DNA from: Candidatus Melainabacteria bacterium
GTDB lineage: Bacteria; Cyanobacteriota; Vampirovibrionia; Obscuribacterales; Obscuribacteraceae
Length of the DNA stretch: 32,000 nt
Direction of reading: 5' to 3'
Assembly: GCA_020854255.1 (NCBI GenBank)
Contig: JADZFV010000392.1
Location: forward strand, 1,018-33,017
Shown piece by piece: positions 1 to 9,062 of the stretch. A program made the position numbers and the translations under genes. Numbering within the stretch: the stretch's first letter is position 1; the number at the start of each line of letters is the position of its first letter. Under the pieces are notes generated by a model that was given only the letters and a program-made list of their open reading frames with translations, was not told the origin of the DNA and searched no databases.

Positions 1-2
1 GC

Positions 3-1019
3 TCGGGCGGCAGATGGTTGGGCAATTTCCAATCGGCAATCAATCCGGACGGCTCGGCCAATCGTTTTTTCACTCGCGGTAATCTCGTGCCGATAACCAC
101 TGATATCACTCCGGATCAAGGCATGGTGCAAGCAATCAAAAATGCGCTTCCCGAACGCACCGCTTTGACACAAGAAGCATATGGCGCGCAAGCAGTAGGT
201 AATTACACCGCGCGCGGACTGCGCACAAAAGAAACCGCGCTCGGCAACCTGGTCTCCGACGCCATTCGCAGCGGACTGAAACCCACTCTCGGCGATGACC
301 TCGTCGTCATGACGCACTCTGGAGGCATTCGCGATCAAATTGTCGCCGGTAAAGAATTGACCAGATTGGACATTGCCAACCTGGTAATGAACGCAGGCAA
401 GAGAGAGGGCGAAATAAAAGAGCTGGTCAATGTCCGCTTGACCGGTGCCCAGATCAAACAAGGTCTGGAATACGGCATACGTGATCTGCATACCCCGCAA
501 AAACCAAGCGTTGCTCAACGAATCGGGCAGCTCTTCTTCCCCCCGGCCGAAGGCGTAGCGCAGGATCTTTCCGGCAATTTCGTACAAGTCAGTGGTCTCA
601 AGTACTCAATTGATCTGTCCGGACAAGGCTGGAGCGCCGGAATTCCTGGAAGCCGCGTCAACAATTTAAGGATTCAAGCAGCGGACGGACAATTCGTCCC
701 CATAGACCCGGGCAAAACCTACAACGTCGTCACCCGCCAGCACCCGGTTCACAAATGGACGAAAGCCGGAATGTTCGGACCCAGTCGCACGCTTGAAGAT
801 GTCGCTCAAGAGCTGCAGATGAAGCCGGTTGAAGTTTCACAAGTCGATTTGATCGCCCAGTATATCGCCGGCAAAAACATCGATCCCAAAACATTCTCGA
901 ACGTAGAAGGTAGAATCACTAACAATACCCAGACCGCACGCAAACTGCCAGTCAAAGTCGGGGTTTCGGTCGTGGCTCAGCCTTCGGTAAGAGCGTTTGA
1001 AGACAATTTCGACAAATAG
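3..1019 (+). CDS. 5'-nucleotidase / UshA-like bifunctional metallophosphatase, C-terminal portion (5' end outside window)
   Basis: Frame is open from the window edge (SGGRWLGNFQSAINPDG...). Segment 'AYGAQAVGNYTARGLRTKETALGNLVSDAIRSGL...MTHSGGIRDQIVAG' matches the 5'-nucleotidase C-terminal domain. The listed start at 18 is an internal TTG. Confidence 0.85.
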   Translation, partial: SGGRWLGNFQSAINPDGSANRFFTRGNLVPITTDITPDQGMVQAIKNALPERTALTQEAYGAQAVGNYTARGLRTKETALGNLVSDAIRSGLKPTLGDDLVVMTHSGGIRDQIVAGKELTRLDIANLVMNAGKREGEIKELVNVRLTGAQIKQGLEYGIRDLHTPQKPSVAQRIGQLFFPPAEGVAQDLSGNFVQVSGLKYSIDLSGQGWSAGIPGSRVNNLRIQAADGQFVPIDPGKTYNVVTRQHPVHKWTKAGMFGPSRTLEDVAQELQMKPVEVSQVDLIAQYIAGKNIDPKTFSNVEGRITNNTQTARKLPVKVGVSVVAQPSVRAFEDNFDK

Positions 1020-1023
1020 GCAG

Positions 1024-1950
1024 ATGTATAAAACAGCAAAGGCGGTCATAGCGCTCGCCATTTCTCTAATTAGTGCGCCGTTTCACGCACCTGCCCATGG
1101 TCAAAAGAATAGCGATCTGCCGCCGGTTTCGCCACAGCCATCAGCCGTTTCTGCCCCGGCGCCGCAGCAGTTGAGTCCGGCACAAATTCAACAGAGCGCC
1201 ACACCTCTCAATTTCCAAAACTTTAACTGCGCTCCTCCAAATGTCCAGACACCGCCCGGTGCACCGCTCTCCTTTCCGCCACCTCTAACTGCACCACCGG
1301 AGCCGACACATTTCAATGGTCTGCCCTTGCCGCAACCGATACCCACGCCTTCAGCGGATCCTTTCATTCGCGGGAAAATCATGATCAAACAAGCCACCGA
1401 CATGATCTCAGGCGGGCAGCTTGATGCAGCGATCGCTCTTTTGCAAAAATCAATGGAATATCGCAAAGTCGATCCGACCCCGCAATTTCTTCTCGGTTTG
1501 ATTTACGACCAGAAAGGCAATATACAGGCGGCTTTGACCAATTACACGCAGTCGGTTCAAAAGGCCACTTCGCTCGGTATGGATTCATCGCAATTGCGCA
1601 TCAATCTGGCCAACACGCTTGTAAAGCTCAATTATTTGAAAGAGGCAGAATTTGATTACAAACGGGCCATTGAAATCGACGACAAAAATGAGGTTGCGCA
1701 TCTCAATTACGGGCGCCTGCTTCTTTTCAAAGGTGACAGTGGCGGAGCATTCAGAGAGCTGCAGCGTGCCCACGAGCTCATGTCCACAGACCCGAATCTG
1801 CCCCTCTATGAGGCGCTTGCTCTCAAGGGTCTGGGCAATTTGGAAGAATCACGCCTTAAGTTGCAGGTCTTTCTTGAAAGAGCCAAAGGAGTCAACTGCG
1901 ATCCCAGAGTTATCAACATGGCCCAGAAGCTCTTAGCCGATTTGAAGTAA
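1024..1950 (+). CDS. Secreted TPR-repeat protein
   Basis: ATG at 1024 is followed by a signal peptide (MYKTAKAVIALAISLISAPFHAPAHG), a Pro-rich linker, then TPR-like repeats (AEFDYKRAIEIDDKNEVAHLNYGRLLLFKGD). The listed start at 997 overlaps the upstream gene. Confidence 0.8.
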   Translation: MYKTAKAVIALAISLISAPFHAPAHGQKNSDLPPVSPQPSAVSAPAPQQLSPAQIQQSATPLNFQNFNCAPPNVQTPPGAPLSFPPPLTAPPEPTHFNGLPLPQPIPTPSADPFIRGKIMIKQATDMISGGQLDAAIALLQKSMEYRKVDPTPQFLLGLIYDQKGNIQAALTNYTQSVQKATSLGMDSSQLRINLANTLVKLNYLKEAEFDYKRAIEIDDKNEVAHLNYGRLLLFKGDSGGAFRELQRAHELMSTDPNLPLYEALALKGLGNLEESRLKLQVFLERAKGVNCDPRVINMAQKLLADLK

Positions 1951-2090
1951 CACCTCTTTCATAAGCCGCATAAATTACCGGATTCGGGCTCTTTGAGATT
2001 TGTTTTACTCAATAGTCTGGCTGTCAGTATTTCTATTTAGCTATCCTAAGCAAAAGCAAGTATATGTAGTTTGTGTCAATCGTTAGATAG

Positions 2091-3557
2091 ATGGTGACCA
2101 AAAGAGCCGACGTCAGAATAGAAAAAGACGAGCAGGGCGAAGTATTTCTGCCTGCCAAGGCCTACTATGGCGCCCAGACATTCAGGCTGAAGGAAGTCTT
2201 GCCCGTAAGCGGACTGAAGGCGCATCCGCGCTTGATCGATGCCCTGCTTCTGGTCAAGAAAGCATGCGCTGCCGCAAATCTCGAAGGCAAGCGCCTGGAG
2301 GTTCCTGTGGCACGTGCCATCATGCAGGCAGCAGATGAGGCTTATGGCGGGCAATGGCGCGATCAGTTCGTTCTGGAAATTCTTTGCTCCGGTGCTGGCA
2401 CCGCCCTTAATATCAATGTAAATGAAGTGCTCGCCAATCGCGGTCAGGAGATTTTGGGCGGCGCCCTGGGCAGTTATGACATCATTCATCCGGTCAAACA
2501 CGTCGATCTGGCTCAATCTCCCAACGATGTTTTCCCCACGGCCATGCGCATTGCAGTTCTACTGGCGACGAAAGAATTCGAGCCGGTTTTGCTGGATTTG
2601 GAACGTCTGCTCAGACGCAAATCGCTGGAATTCGAGCGCGTCATCAAAATGGGCCGCTCGCACTTGCAAGATGCCCTGCCGATTACGCTTGGTCAAGAAT
2701 TCAACGCATTTGGTTCTTCCATCGAGCGTTGTTTGAAGCGGCTTAAAGATGCCAGTGTCGGGCTTACCGAATTGAACATTGGCGCCACTCACGTGGGCAC
2801 GGGACTGGGTGCAGACAGCAAATACATTCAAGCTGCAGTGGAGCGCCTGTCACAATATACTGGCATACGCCTGCGCCAATCTGACGATTTTTTCCGCATC
2901 TCTCAATCGATGTCGGACTTTGTCGAATTTTCATCGGCAATGAAAGAATTGGCCGTGGAGCTGACGAAAATCGGCAACGACTTGCGCCTTTTGTCGTCCG
3001 GACCGCGCACTGGCTTAGCCGAAATCACCGCCCCGGAATTGATTGTCGAGCGCTCGCTAATTCGTCCCAACACGCTGCCCAACCGCCGCATTCCCACGCT
3101 GGTCGAATGTATCAATATGGCTTCCTGTCAGGTTTTCGGCAATGACATTGTGGTGGGACTGGCAGCCCAGTCTGGTCAATTCGAGTCGAATATGATGACG
3201 CCGCTCATCATTCACAATATATTGCAATCAGTAGATCTGCTGCGCAGCACCATCGAGCCCTTCAACAGTAAATATTTGCGCGCCATAACAGCCAATCATT
3301 CCGCCTGCAATTTGCAAATGGAAGAAGCAGGAGTGGTTCTGGCAGTAGTGAGCAAACGCCTGGGCGACAAACGAGCTCAAGAATTGTCCCGGGAAGCCGA
3401 GCAGGCGGATTTGACATTGAAAGAACTGGTTACGCAGCGAGGGCTGATTCCGAAGGAAGAACTGGATCGCATGCTGTCGTATAAAGAATTGACCGGCATG
3501 CATGCGGCTTTTTCATCCACGCATGATAGTGATACTGCAGGTGGTGCAAGCTCTTAA
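2091..3557 (+). CDS. Class II fumarase/aspartate ammonia-lyase superfamily protein with aberrant catalytic loop
   Basis: Family motifs: 'AYYGAQTFR', 'SPNDVFPTAMRIAV', 'GRSHLQDALPITLGQEF', 'GATHVGTGLGA', 'GPRTGLAEI', 'VFGNDIVVGLAAQSGQFESNMMTPL'. The usual GSSxMPxKxNP signature is absent. Confidence 0.85.
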   Translation: MVTKRADVRIEKDEQGEVFLPAKAYYGAQTFRLKEVLPVSGLKAHPRLIDALLLVKKACAAANLEGKRLEVPVARAIMQAADEAYGGQWRDQFVLEILCSGAGTALNINVNEVLANRGQEILGGALGSYDIIHPVKHVDLAQSPNDVFPTAMRIAVLLATKEFEPVLLDLERLLRRKSLEFERVIKMGRSHLQDALPITLGQEFNAFGSSIERCLKRLKDASVGLTELNIGATHVGTGLGADSKYIQAAVERLSQYTGIRLRQSDDFFRISQSMSDFVEFSSAMKELAVELTKIGNDLRLLSSGPRTGLAEITAPELIVERSLIRPNTLPNRRIPTLVECINMASCQVFGNDIVVGLAAQSGQFESNMMTPLIIHNILQSVDLLRSTIEPFNSKYLRAITANHSACNLQMEEAGVVLAVVSKRLGDKRAQELSREAEQADLTLKELVTQRGLIPKEELDRMLSYKELTGMHAAFSSTHDSDTAGGASS

Positions 3558-3701
3558 TTGAGGCTTATTGCAAGACCTTCATATGAAGAAATATGAAACT
3601 GTCCAGCCGTTTTTGTTCAGGTATTGTCAGCCGGTTATTCGGTAATATTTGTAGCTGTCAACGCCCCTTTTTGGAAACACTTTCGAGGTAGATCCGAGTT
3701 T

Positions 3702-4379
3702 ATGCTGACTGGATATCGATTCGAGATGATCGTCGGCTGCATGAGGTCTGGGAAATCCAGCGAGCTCATTCGCAGAATCGAACGCGCCCGCCTGGCGTAT
3801 TTGCCGACAATCATCGTGCGCCCTGCTACAGATACGCGCTCGAAACCCAATCAGATAGAATCGCGCAACGGATTGGCTTCCAGGGCAATCGTCGTTGAGT
3901 CCGCCAGAGACATTTTGAAGTATTCGTCTCATGCAGTCGTTATCGGCATGGACGAATGCCAATTCTTCTCGGATGACGTTGCCGATGTGGTCCTGGCATT
4001 AATGCGCCAGAAAAAGAAAATCATCGCCTCGGGGCTTGATCTGGACTACAGAGGCAAGCCCTTTGGTCCGATCCCTGCCCTTCTGGCTATCGCCGACCGC
4101 GTCGACAAACTTTTGGCTGTTTGCAGAAAATGCGGCTCTGACTTTGCTTGCCGCACTCAGCGCATGGTCAATTCCAACGAACAAATCCTGGTTGGCGACG
4201 CCCAATACGAAGCGCGCTGCCTTTCTTGCTTCGAGCCGCCCAGCCAATACCAACTCAAGCTCGACCTTGATGAATTCCACCCGGAGGTGCCGCATCTGGC
4301 CTCCTTAATCGACTGCGATCCGGACGGCGAAAATGGATTTGGCGAAGTTTTGCCTCTTTTAAACATAAACAGTCTTTAA
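3702..4379 (+). CDS. tdk: Thymidine kinase (type II)
   Basis: P-loop 'GCMRSGKSSELI', 'GMDECQFF', 'IASGLDLDYRGKPFGPIPALLAIADRVDKLLAVCRKCG', zinc-ribbon CxxC...CxxC, 'VGDAQYEARC'. Start taken at the ATG at 3702 rather than 3624. Confidence 0.85.
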   Translation: MLTGYRFEMIVGCMRSGKSSELIRRIERARLAYLPTIIVRPATDTRSKPNQIESRNGLASRAIVVESARDILKYSSHAVVIGMDECQFFSDDVADVVLALMRQKKKIIASGLDLDYRGKPFGPIPALLAIADRVDKLLAVCRKCGSDFACRTQRMVNSNEQILVGDAQYEARCLSCFEPPSQYQLKLDLDEFHPEVPHLASLIDCDPDGENGFGEVLPLLNINSL

Positions 4380-4465
4380 TCTTCGTAATATCCCGGAGCC
4401 AAAAGTTACCGCCAGATTGTCATGGGCATATCTCAGACAGCCTTATGTACTGAGAGGAGCTATTT

Positions 4466-4885
4466 ATGTGTAGTTGGCGTTCCGCTCTAATAGAGTTTTT
4501 CACCTTTAAATGGCTGAGAAAACAAGCCCGGCCGGCCGAAGGTCCTTGTGAAAAACCGGAGCAACTGAGAACAATCTGGAAAGACACCTTCAACCGTTTA
4601 GAGGCTTACCAGCCGGAAATGCCGGAAGAGCCTCTGCATGAGCACCAGCCGGAGGTCATGAACATGGCCCAGGAAGCTCGTGGCAGGAAATCAGCAGAGC
4701 ACAACACACCGACACACCAGTTGCCGGCATCGAAAACATGCAATGACCTGCAAGTCTGGTTCGGTGAGTCTGTAGCCACCTGGGATCCTGAGGTCAATGC
4801 GCAAAACATGGACAGTAGCGAAAAACAAGACAAAAGCACGATTCGCCGTGCCACGCGCTGGACGAAAGAGACGCATCCCCGATAG
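4466..4885 (+). CDS. Hypothetical protein, 139 aa
   Basis: ORF with ATG at 4466 preceded by AGAGGAG (4453-4459, good spacing). No recognisable domain. Confidence 0.45.
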   Translation: MCSWRSALIEFFTFKWLRKQARPAEGPCEKPEQLRTIWKDTFNRLEAYQPEMPEEPLHEHQPEVMNMAQEARGRKSAEHNTPTHQLPASKTCNDLQVWFGESVATWDPEVNAQNMDSSEKQDKSTIRRATRWTKETHPR

Positions 4886-5081
4886 TTGCCAGGCAACCAG
4901 GAGCCGTTGCAAAGAAGCGGCTACATTTAGTTAGAAACTGCTGAAACTCAGTAGGGTTATGGTTTGCGCATGCCTGCAGGTGGCGCCCGCCGAACCGATA
5001 TGCGATGCGTAGATGGTAAGATTACTTATGGTCTGCTCTTGATGACCGGAGTTATCAGAACTTCGGGTGCGGGGGTTATTT

Positions 5082-5387
5082 ATGGTCTCTAGGAATCCTT
5101 TTTGCTTGGGTCTTCTGGTTGTTTTGGTTTCTTCGGCAAATCTTATATGCGCTCAAGATGCCTGCGCAAAAGGCAAAAAGAGAAGCAGCGCAAGAAACTA
5201 CTTCGTGCCGCCGCCGCCGGCTTATTTACCATCTCTGACGCCTGCTGTTTATATAAATGGCAAAGCGGAAGTAGCTCAAAAGCCAAAAAAGAAAGAGCCT
5301 GAGAAAAAATATGTCTACACGCGCGAAGGCTATGAAGAGCCAAAAGCAACACGTCCCAATCCGTACGTCACCTACTGGGGCAGCTAG
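5082..5387 (+). CDS. Small secreted Pro/Lys-rich protein, about 101 aa
   Basis: ATG at 5082 after a G-rich Shine-Dalgarno-like stretch. Signal peptide MVSRNPFCLGLLVVLVSSANLICAQ. A terminator follows immediately. Confidence 0.65.
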   Translation: MVSRNPFCLGLLVVLVSSANLICAQDACAKGKKRSSARNYFVPPPPAYLPSLTPAVYINGKAEVAQKPKKKEPEKKYVYTREGYEEPKATRPNPYVTYWGS

Positions 5388-5406
5388 TCCGGATTATTAA
5401 GAAGTG

Positions 5407-5432
5407 AAAGCCGCCGGCATTGGCGGCTTTTT
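5407..5432. terminator. Rho-independent terminator shared by the convergent genes
   Basis: AAAGCCGCC-GGCATT-GGCGGCTTTTT: 9-bp stem, 6-nt loop, A-tract and T-tract on opposite sides, between a + gene (ends 5387) and a - gene (ends 5438). Confidence 0.85.
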
Positions 5433-5437
5433 GTTGC

Positions 5438-6640
5438 CTAAACGCGCTCCAGAACCATGGCGATGCCCATGCCGCCGCCGATGCAGAGGCTGACAACCCC
5501 ATATTTCGCTTTTCTGCGCTTCAGTTCCAATGCCATTGAAAGAATCAGGCGCGCACCGGTTGCTCCGAACGGGTGTCCCAGTGCAATCGCTCCTCCATTG
5601 ACGTTGACGCGCTGTCGGTCGAGCTTCAATTCTTTCTCGCAGGCGAGGTATTGCCCGGCGAAAGCTTCGTTGATCTCAAAGAGGTCGATGTCTTCCATCT
5701 TCAATCCTGCTTTTTCGAGAGCCATTGGAATGGCCGGAACAGGGCCTATACCCATGACTTCAGGGGCAACTCCGACGACAGCCCAGGACAAGACCCTGAC
5801 CAGTGGCTGAAGTCCATGCTTTTCGGCAATCTTCTCGCGCGTGACCACCAGTGCGGCTGCACCATCTACGATGCCACAGGCATTGCCTGCCGTGACAGAG
5901 CCTCCCTTGCGGAAAGCCGGTTTGAGCTTGCCTAGCCCTTCAAGAGTGGTATCCGGACGCATGTGCTCGTCCGAGTCTATAACTTTGATTTTGCCTTTTC
6001 CGGCCGAAACCTCGACAGGCACTATCTCTTCAGCAAATACGCCTGAATCCCGGGCCTGCTTGGCGCGTTGCTGCGATTGCAATGCAAATTCGTCTTGCTC
6101 GGCTCGAGAGATTTTGTGACGCTCGACCAGATTCTCGGCAGTTTCGCCCATCGATGCATTCGGCAAGGTGTCCCTAATGTCAAGCCCGTCGAATACTTCA
6201 CCGGTGCCCATGCGCCCGCCCCAACGCATTCCCCAGCTCAAATAAGGAGTCATTGAAAGCGAATCAGAACCGCCGGCCAGAACAACTTCGGCCTGATTGG
6301 CGTCGATCAGCATCTCGGCTGTGGCCACAGCCTGTACGCCTGAACCGCATAGAAGATTTAGTATCAACCCGGGGCTCTCTTGCTTCATTCCGGAGCGCAA
6401 GCCCACGTGGCGAGCCAGGTAAATGGCATCCTTGCTGGTTTGCAAGACATTGCCCATGACCACCTCGTCGATTATCGCCGGGTCGATTTTGGCTCTTTCG
6501 ATTGCTCCTTTGGACGCGGCCACAGCCAGGTCGGTCGCCGTCTGCGATGCCAATCCCCCGCCAAATGACCCGAAAGCCGTTCTACAACCGGCTACGACTA
6601 CCAGAGGTCCTCTCACGTTGTGACCATTTTTTTCTGCCAT
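5438..6640 (-). CDS. Thiolase family / acetyl-CoA C-acetyltransferase
   Basis: 'RTAFGSFGG', 'LCGSGVQAVATAEM' (active-site Cys), 'FEINEAFA', 'NVNGGAIALGHPFGATGAR', 'LCIGGGMGIAMVLE'. Confidence 0.93.
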   Translation of the reverse strand: MAEKNGHNVRGPLVVVAGCRTAFGSFGGGLASQTATDLAVAASKGAIERAKIDPAIIDEVVMGNVLQTSKDAIYLARHVGLRSGMKQESPGLILNLLCGSGVQAVATAEMLIDANQAEVVLAGGSDSLSMTPYLSWGMRWGGRMGTGEVFDGLDIRDTLPNASMGETAENLVERHKISRAEQDEFALQSQQRAKQARDSGVFAEEIVPVEVSAGKGKIKVIDSDEHMRPDTTLEGLGKLKPAFRKGGSVTAGNACGIVDGAAALVVTREKIAEKHGLQPLVRVLSWAVVGVAPEVMGIGPVPAIPMALEKAGLKMEDIDLFEINEAFAGQYLACEKELKLDRQRVNVNGGAIALGHPFGATGARLILSMALELKRRKAKYGVVSLCIGGGMGIAMVLERV

Positions 6641-6876
6641 TTGCTTACGCCCGCCTTTTCTCCCGGGTTGCCAAACCCGTAATAACTTAAACCAGTATCA
6701 GAACAGCCACTAAATCTTTGCAGTGACCGATCGCCGTCATACTTGCAAAAACTAAAACAAGTATCAAGACAATATCCAACAGCCATATTGTCAGGCTAGA
6801 ATTGACGACCTTAGCGACTTTACGGTTTCTTTTTAGAAATTCAAACTCTAGCAAATCAAATATGGAGGGCTGAACC

Positions 6877-7977
6877 TTGTCCAAGGTTGGTGTACCGAAA
6901 GAGATAAAGAACAACGAGTACCGCGTTGCCTTGACACTGGCAGGAACCAGCGCCATGGTTGCACAAGGGCATACCGTCTATGTAGAAAAAAATGCTGGTG
7001 TCGGAAGTGGTATCGCCGACAAGGAATACGAAAAAGCCGGCGCCAAGATTTTGCCTGATGCTAAGAGCGTCTTCGGTGAAGCCGACATGATCATGAAAGT
7101 GAAAGAGCCTCAAGCAAGCGAAGTGGCGATGCTCAAGAAAGGGCAGTTGCTCTTCACATACTTGCACCTGGCAGCTGAGCCCAAATTGGCTCATGACCTG
7201 GCCAAGACCGGTGCTACCTGCATCGCATACGAAACAGTTCAATTGGCAAATGGCTCACTGCCTTTGCTTACACCGATGAGTGAAATCGCCGGACGTTTGT
7301 CCACACAAATAGGCGCCAACTACCTCGAGAAGCCGATGGGCGGTCGCGGTATTCTCCTGGGCGGCGTTCCCGGTGTTGAGCCCGGTCGAGTCATCATCAT
7401 CGGTGGTGGCGTAGTCGGAACCAACGCTGCCAAGATTGCCCTTGGACTTGGCGCTCGCGTCACACTCTTCGATCTCAACCTCGATCGCCTGCGTTATCTC
7501 GACGATATCTTCAACGGTCAGGTTCGCACCGTATTCTCGGTCGGACATTACCTCGAAGAGGCTCTTCCGAGCGCCGATCTCGTCATTGGTGCAGTACTTC
7601 TGCCGGGCAAACAAGCCCCGCGCGTCATCACCAGAGACATGCTCAAGAAGATGAAAGAAGGCTCGGTAATAGTTGACGTTTCTGTCGACCAGGGTGGTTG
7701 CATAGAGACAATCCATGCCACAACCCACTCTGACCCGATCTACACCGTCGATGGCGTTGTTCACTATGGCGTCGCCAACATACCGGGTGCTGTGCCGTGG
7801 ACATCCACCAGAGCGCTCACCAACGCCACAATGCCTTATGCCTTGAAACTCGCGAAGCTCGGCTACAAAGCCTGCCTCGATGATCCGGCCCTGGAAAAAG
7901 GCGTCAACATTCACGAAGGCGAAATCGTCCATCCGGGCGTCAAAGAAGCCTGCGAGTCGTTGGCAACAGCCAAGTAA
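6877..7977 (+). CDS. ald: Alanine dehydrogenase
   Basis: '[20 protein letters not shown]', '[12 protein letters not shown]', '[13 protein letters not shown]', '[33 protein letters not shown]', '[18 protein letters not shown]', '[22 protein letters not shown]'. TTG start with GGAGGG at 6864-6869. Confidence 0.96.
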   Translation: MSKVGVPKEIKNNEYRVALTLAGTSAMVAQGHTVYVEKNAGVGSGIADKEYEKAGAKILPDAKSVFGEADMIMKVKEPQASEVAMLKKGQLLFTYLHLAAEPKLAHDLAKTGATCIAYETVQLANGSLPLLTPMSEIAGRLSTQIGANYLEKPMGGRGILLGGVPGVEPGRVIIIGGGVVGTNAAKIALGLGARVTLFDLNLDRLRYLDDIFNGQVRTVFSVGHYLEEALPSADLVIGAVLLPGKQAPRVITRDMLKKMKEGSVIVDVSVDQGGCIETIHATTHSDPIYTVDGVVHYGVANIPGAVPWTSTRALTNATMPYALKLAKLGYKACLDDPALEKGVNIHEGEIVHPGVKEACESLATAK

Positions 7978-8010
7978 GGTCGACGCCAGGCATCGACCCT
8001 GCTAAAAAAT

Positions 8011-8042
8011 AAAAAGCGTCCGGCCTCTGGCAGGGCGCTTTT
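8011..8042 (+). terminator. Rho-independent terminator of ald
   Basis: AAAAGCGTCC...GGGCGCTTTTT: 10-bp stem with one G-U, inner GCC/GGC mini-stem, then T-run. Confidence 0.8.
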
Positions 8043-8047
8043 CTTAT

Positions 8048-8392
8048 CGAAAGAAGATTGTCTGCGGAGATTTCAATACCGCACATAAAGAAATAGATCT
8101 AGCCCGCCCAAAAGATAATCACCACATTTCGGGATTCTTGAAGGAAAAGCGTGACTGGATGGACCGCTACCAGAAAGCCGTCCACCTGGACACATTCCGC
8201 ATATACAATCAAGGTACCGACAAGTACACCTGGTGGCACATGATGACGAACGCCAGGGCCCGAAATGTCGGTTGGCGAATCGATTATTTCTTCATCCACA
8301 AAGCCCTGGAAAACATCGCGCAAGATGCCACAATCGAAGCTGCAGTAATGGGTTCCGCCCATTGTCCTGTAACCTTAACTCTCAGAGTTTGA
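8048..8392 (+). pseudogene. xth: 5'-truncated remnant of exodeoxyribonuclease III
   Basis: The frame carries 'IVCGDFNTAHKEIDLARPKDNHHISGFLKEKRDWMDRY...LDTFR...YTWWHMMTNARARNVGWRIDYFFI...VMGSAHCPVTLTL', i.e. the C-terminal part of ExoIII. The N-terminal half is missing, there is no credible start, and the catalytic GSDH Asp is Ala. Confidence 0.8.
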
Positions 8393-8492
8393 GAGGCTTA
8401 TAAAGCCCGCGCCATTGCGACTGCGCTAAGATCACTTTACTGTTTCTCTTAGTTTGGACAAAAACAGGTAATACAAATTGAGTCAGGTAACA

Positions 8493-9062
8493 ATGGCTAA
8501 GGCACGATCAGTTCAGTCCGGCAAAATCTGGCAGAACAGAAGAACGCGTGAAGTTCTGTGGACTTTGTTGAAACTGCAGAAAGTGGAAAATGGCGTGCTG
8601 GTCATCACCGGTACGAAAAAAAAATTGGAAGGCGAGATTGGAGTTTTTCACGGAATCTTTCTGACCGGTGCCACGATAAACGGCTCAAACGAAAAAGGTT
8701 ATCCAGCAATGAAGCGCCTTTTGGAAGTTGAGGAGGGCACCTTCAACTATTACGACTACGGAGCAAACTCACTGGGCGATCTCGATCAAGGATTGAAATT
8801 GCGCATCACGCAAATCATCAATCTGATGCCCAATCTGCCGGTCAGCATCGAAGCGGCCATGGGCAAAAACACCCTCAATCGCATTCGGGCAATGGATTCA
8901 GGTGAAGTAAGCAGCTATGAAGAGATCAAAGTCGATCAGGCTGTGGCAGAGCAATTACGCGCTCTCGATGAAAAAACAATGAACATGCGCGCTTTGATTT
9001 TCTGGGGTATTTTTCTAGTTGTCTCATCAGTAGCAGCAGTTCTCTTTTACGTAAAACACTAG
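8493..9062 (+). CDS. DUF4388-like (PatA-N-like) protein with C-terminal transmembrane anchor
   Basis: 'LLKLQKVENGVLVITGTKKKLEGEIGVFHGIFLTGATINGSNEKGYPAMKRLLEVEEGTFNYY' resembles DUF4388-type segments. C-terminal TM: ALIFWGIFLVVSSVAAVLFYV. Start could also be the TTG at 8478. Confidence 0.6.
   Translation: MAKARSVQSGKIWQNRRTREVLWTLLKLQKVENGVLVITGTKKKLEGEIGVFHGIFLTGATINGSNEKGYPAMKRLLEVEEGTFNYYDYGANSLGDLDQGLKLRITQIINLMPNLPVSIEAAMGKNTLNRIRAMDSGEVSSYEEIKVDQAVAEQLRALDEKTMNMRALIFWGIFLVVSSVAAVLFYVKH

Noticed and set aside
3557-3701. N-terminal extension of the thymidine kinase ORF (start at 3624)
   Set aside because: The extension MSAGYSVIFVAVNAPFWKHFRGRSEF does not resemble the family N-terminus. 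The ATG at 3702 places the P-loop at the normal distance.
7255-7932. 225-aa minus-strand ORF
   Set aside because: Antisense to the strongly supported alanine dehydrogenase.
8099-8362. 87-aa minus-strand ORF
   Set aside because: Antisense to the ExoIII remnant, which is much better supported by conserved motifs on the + strand.
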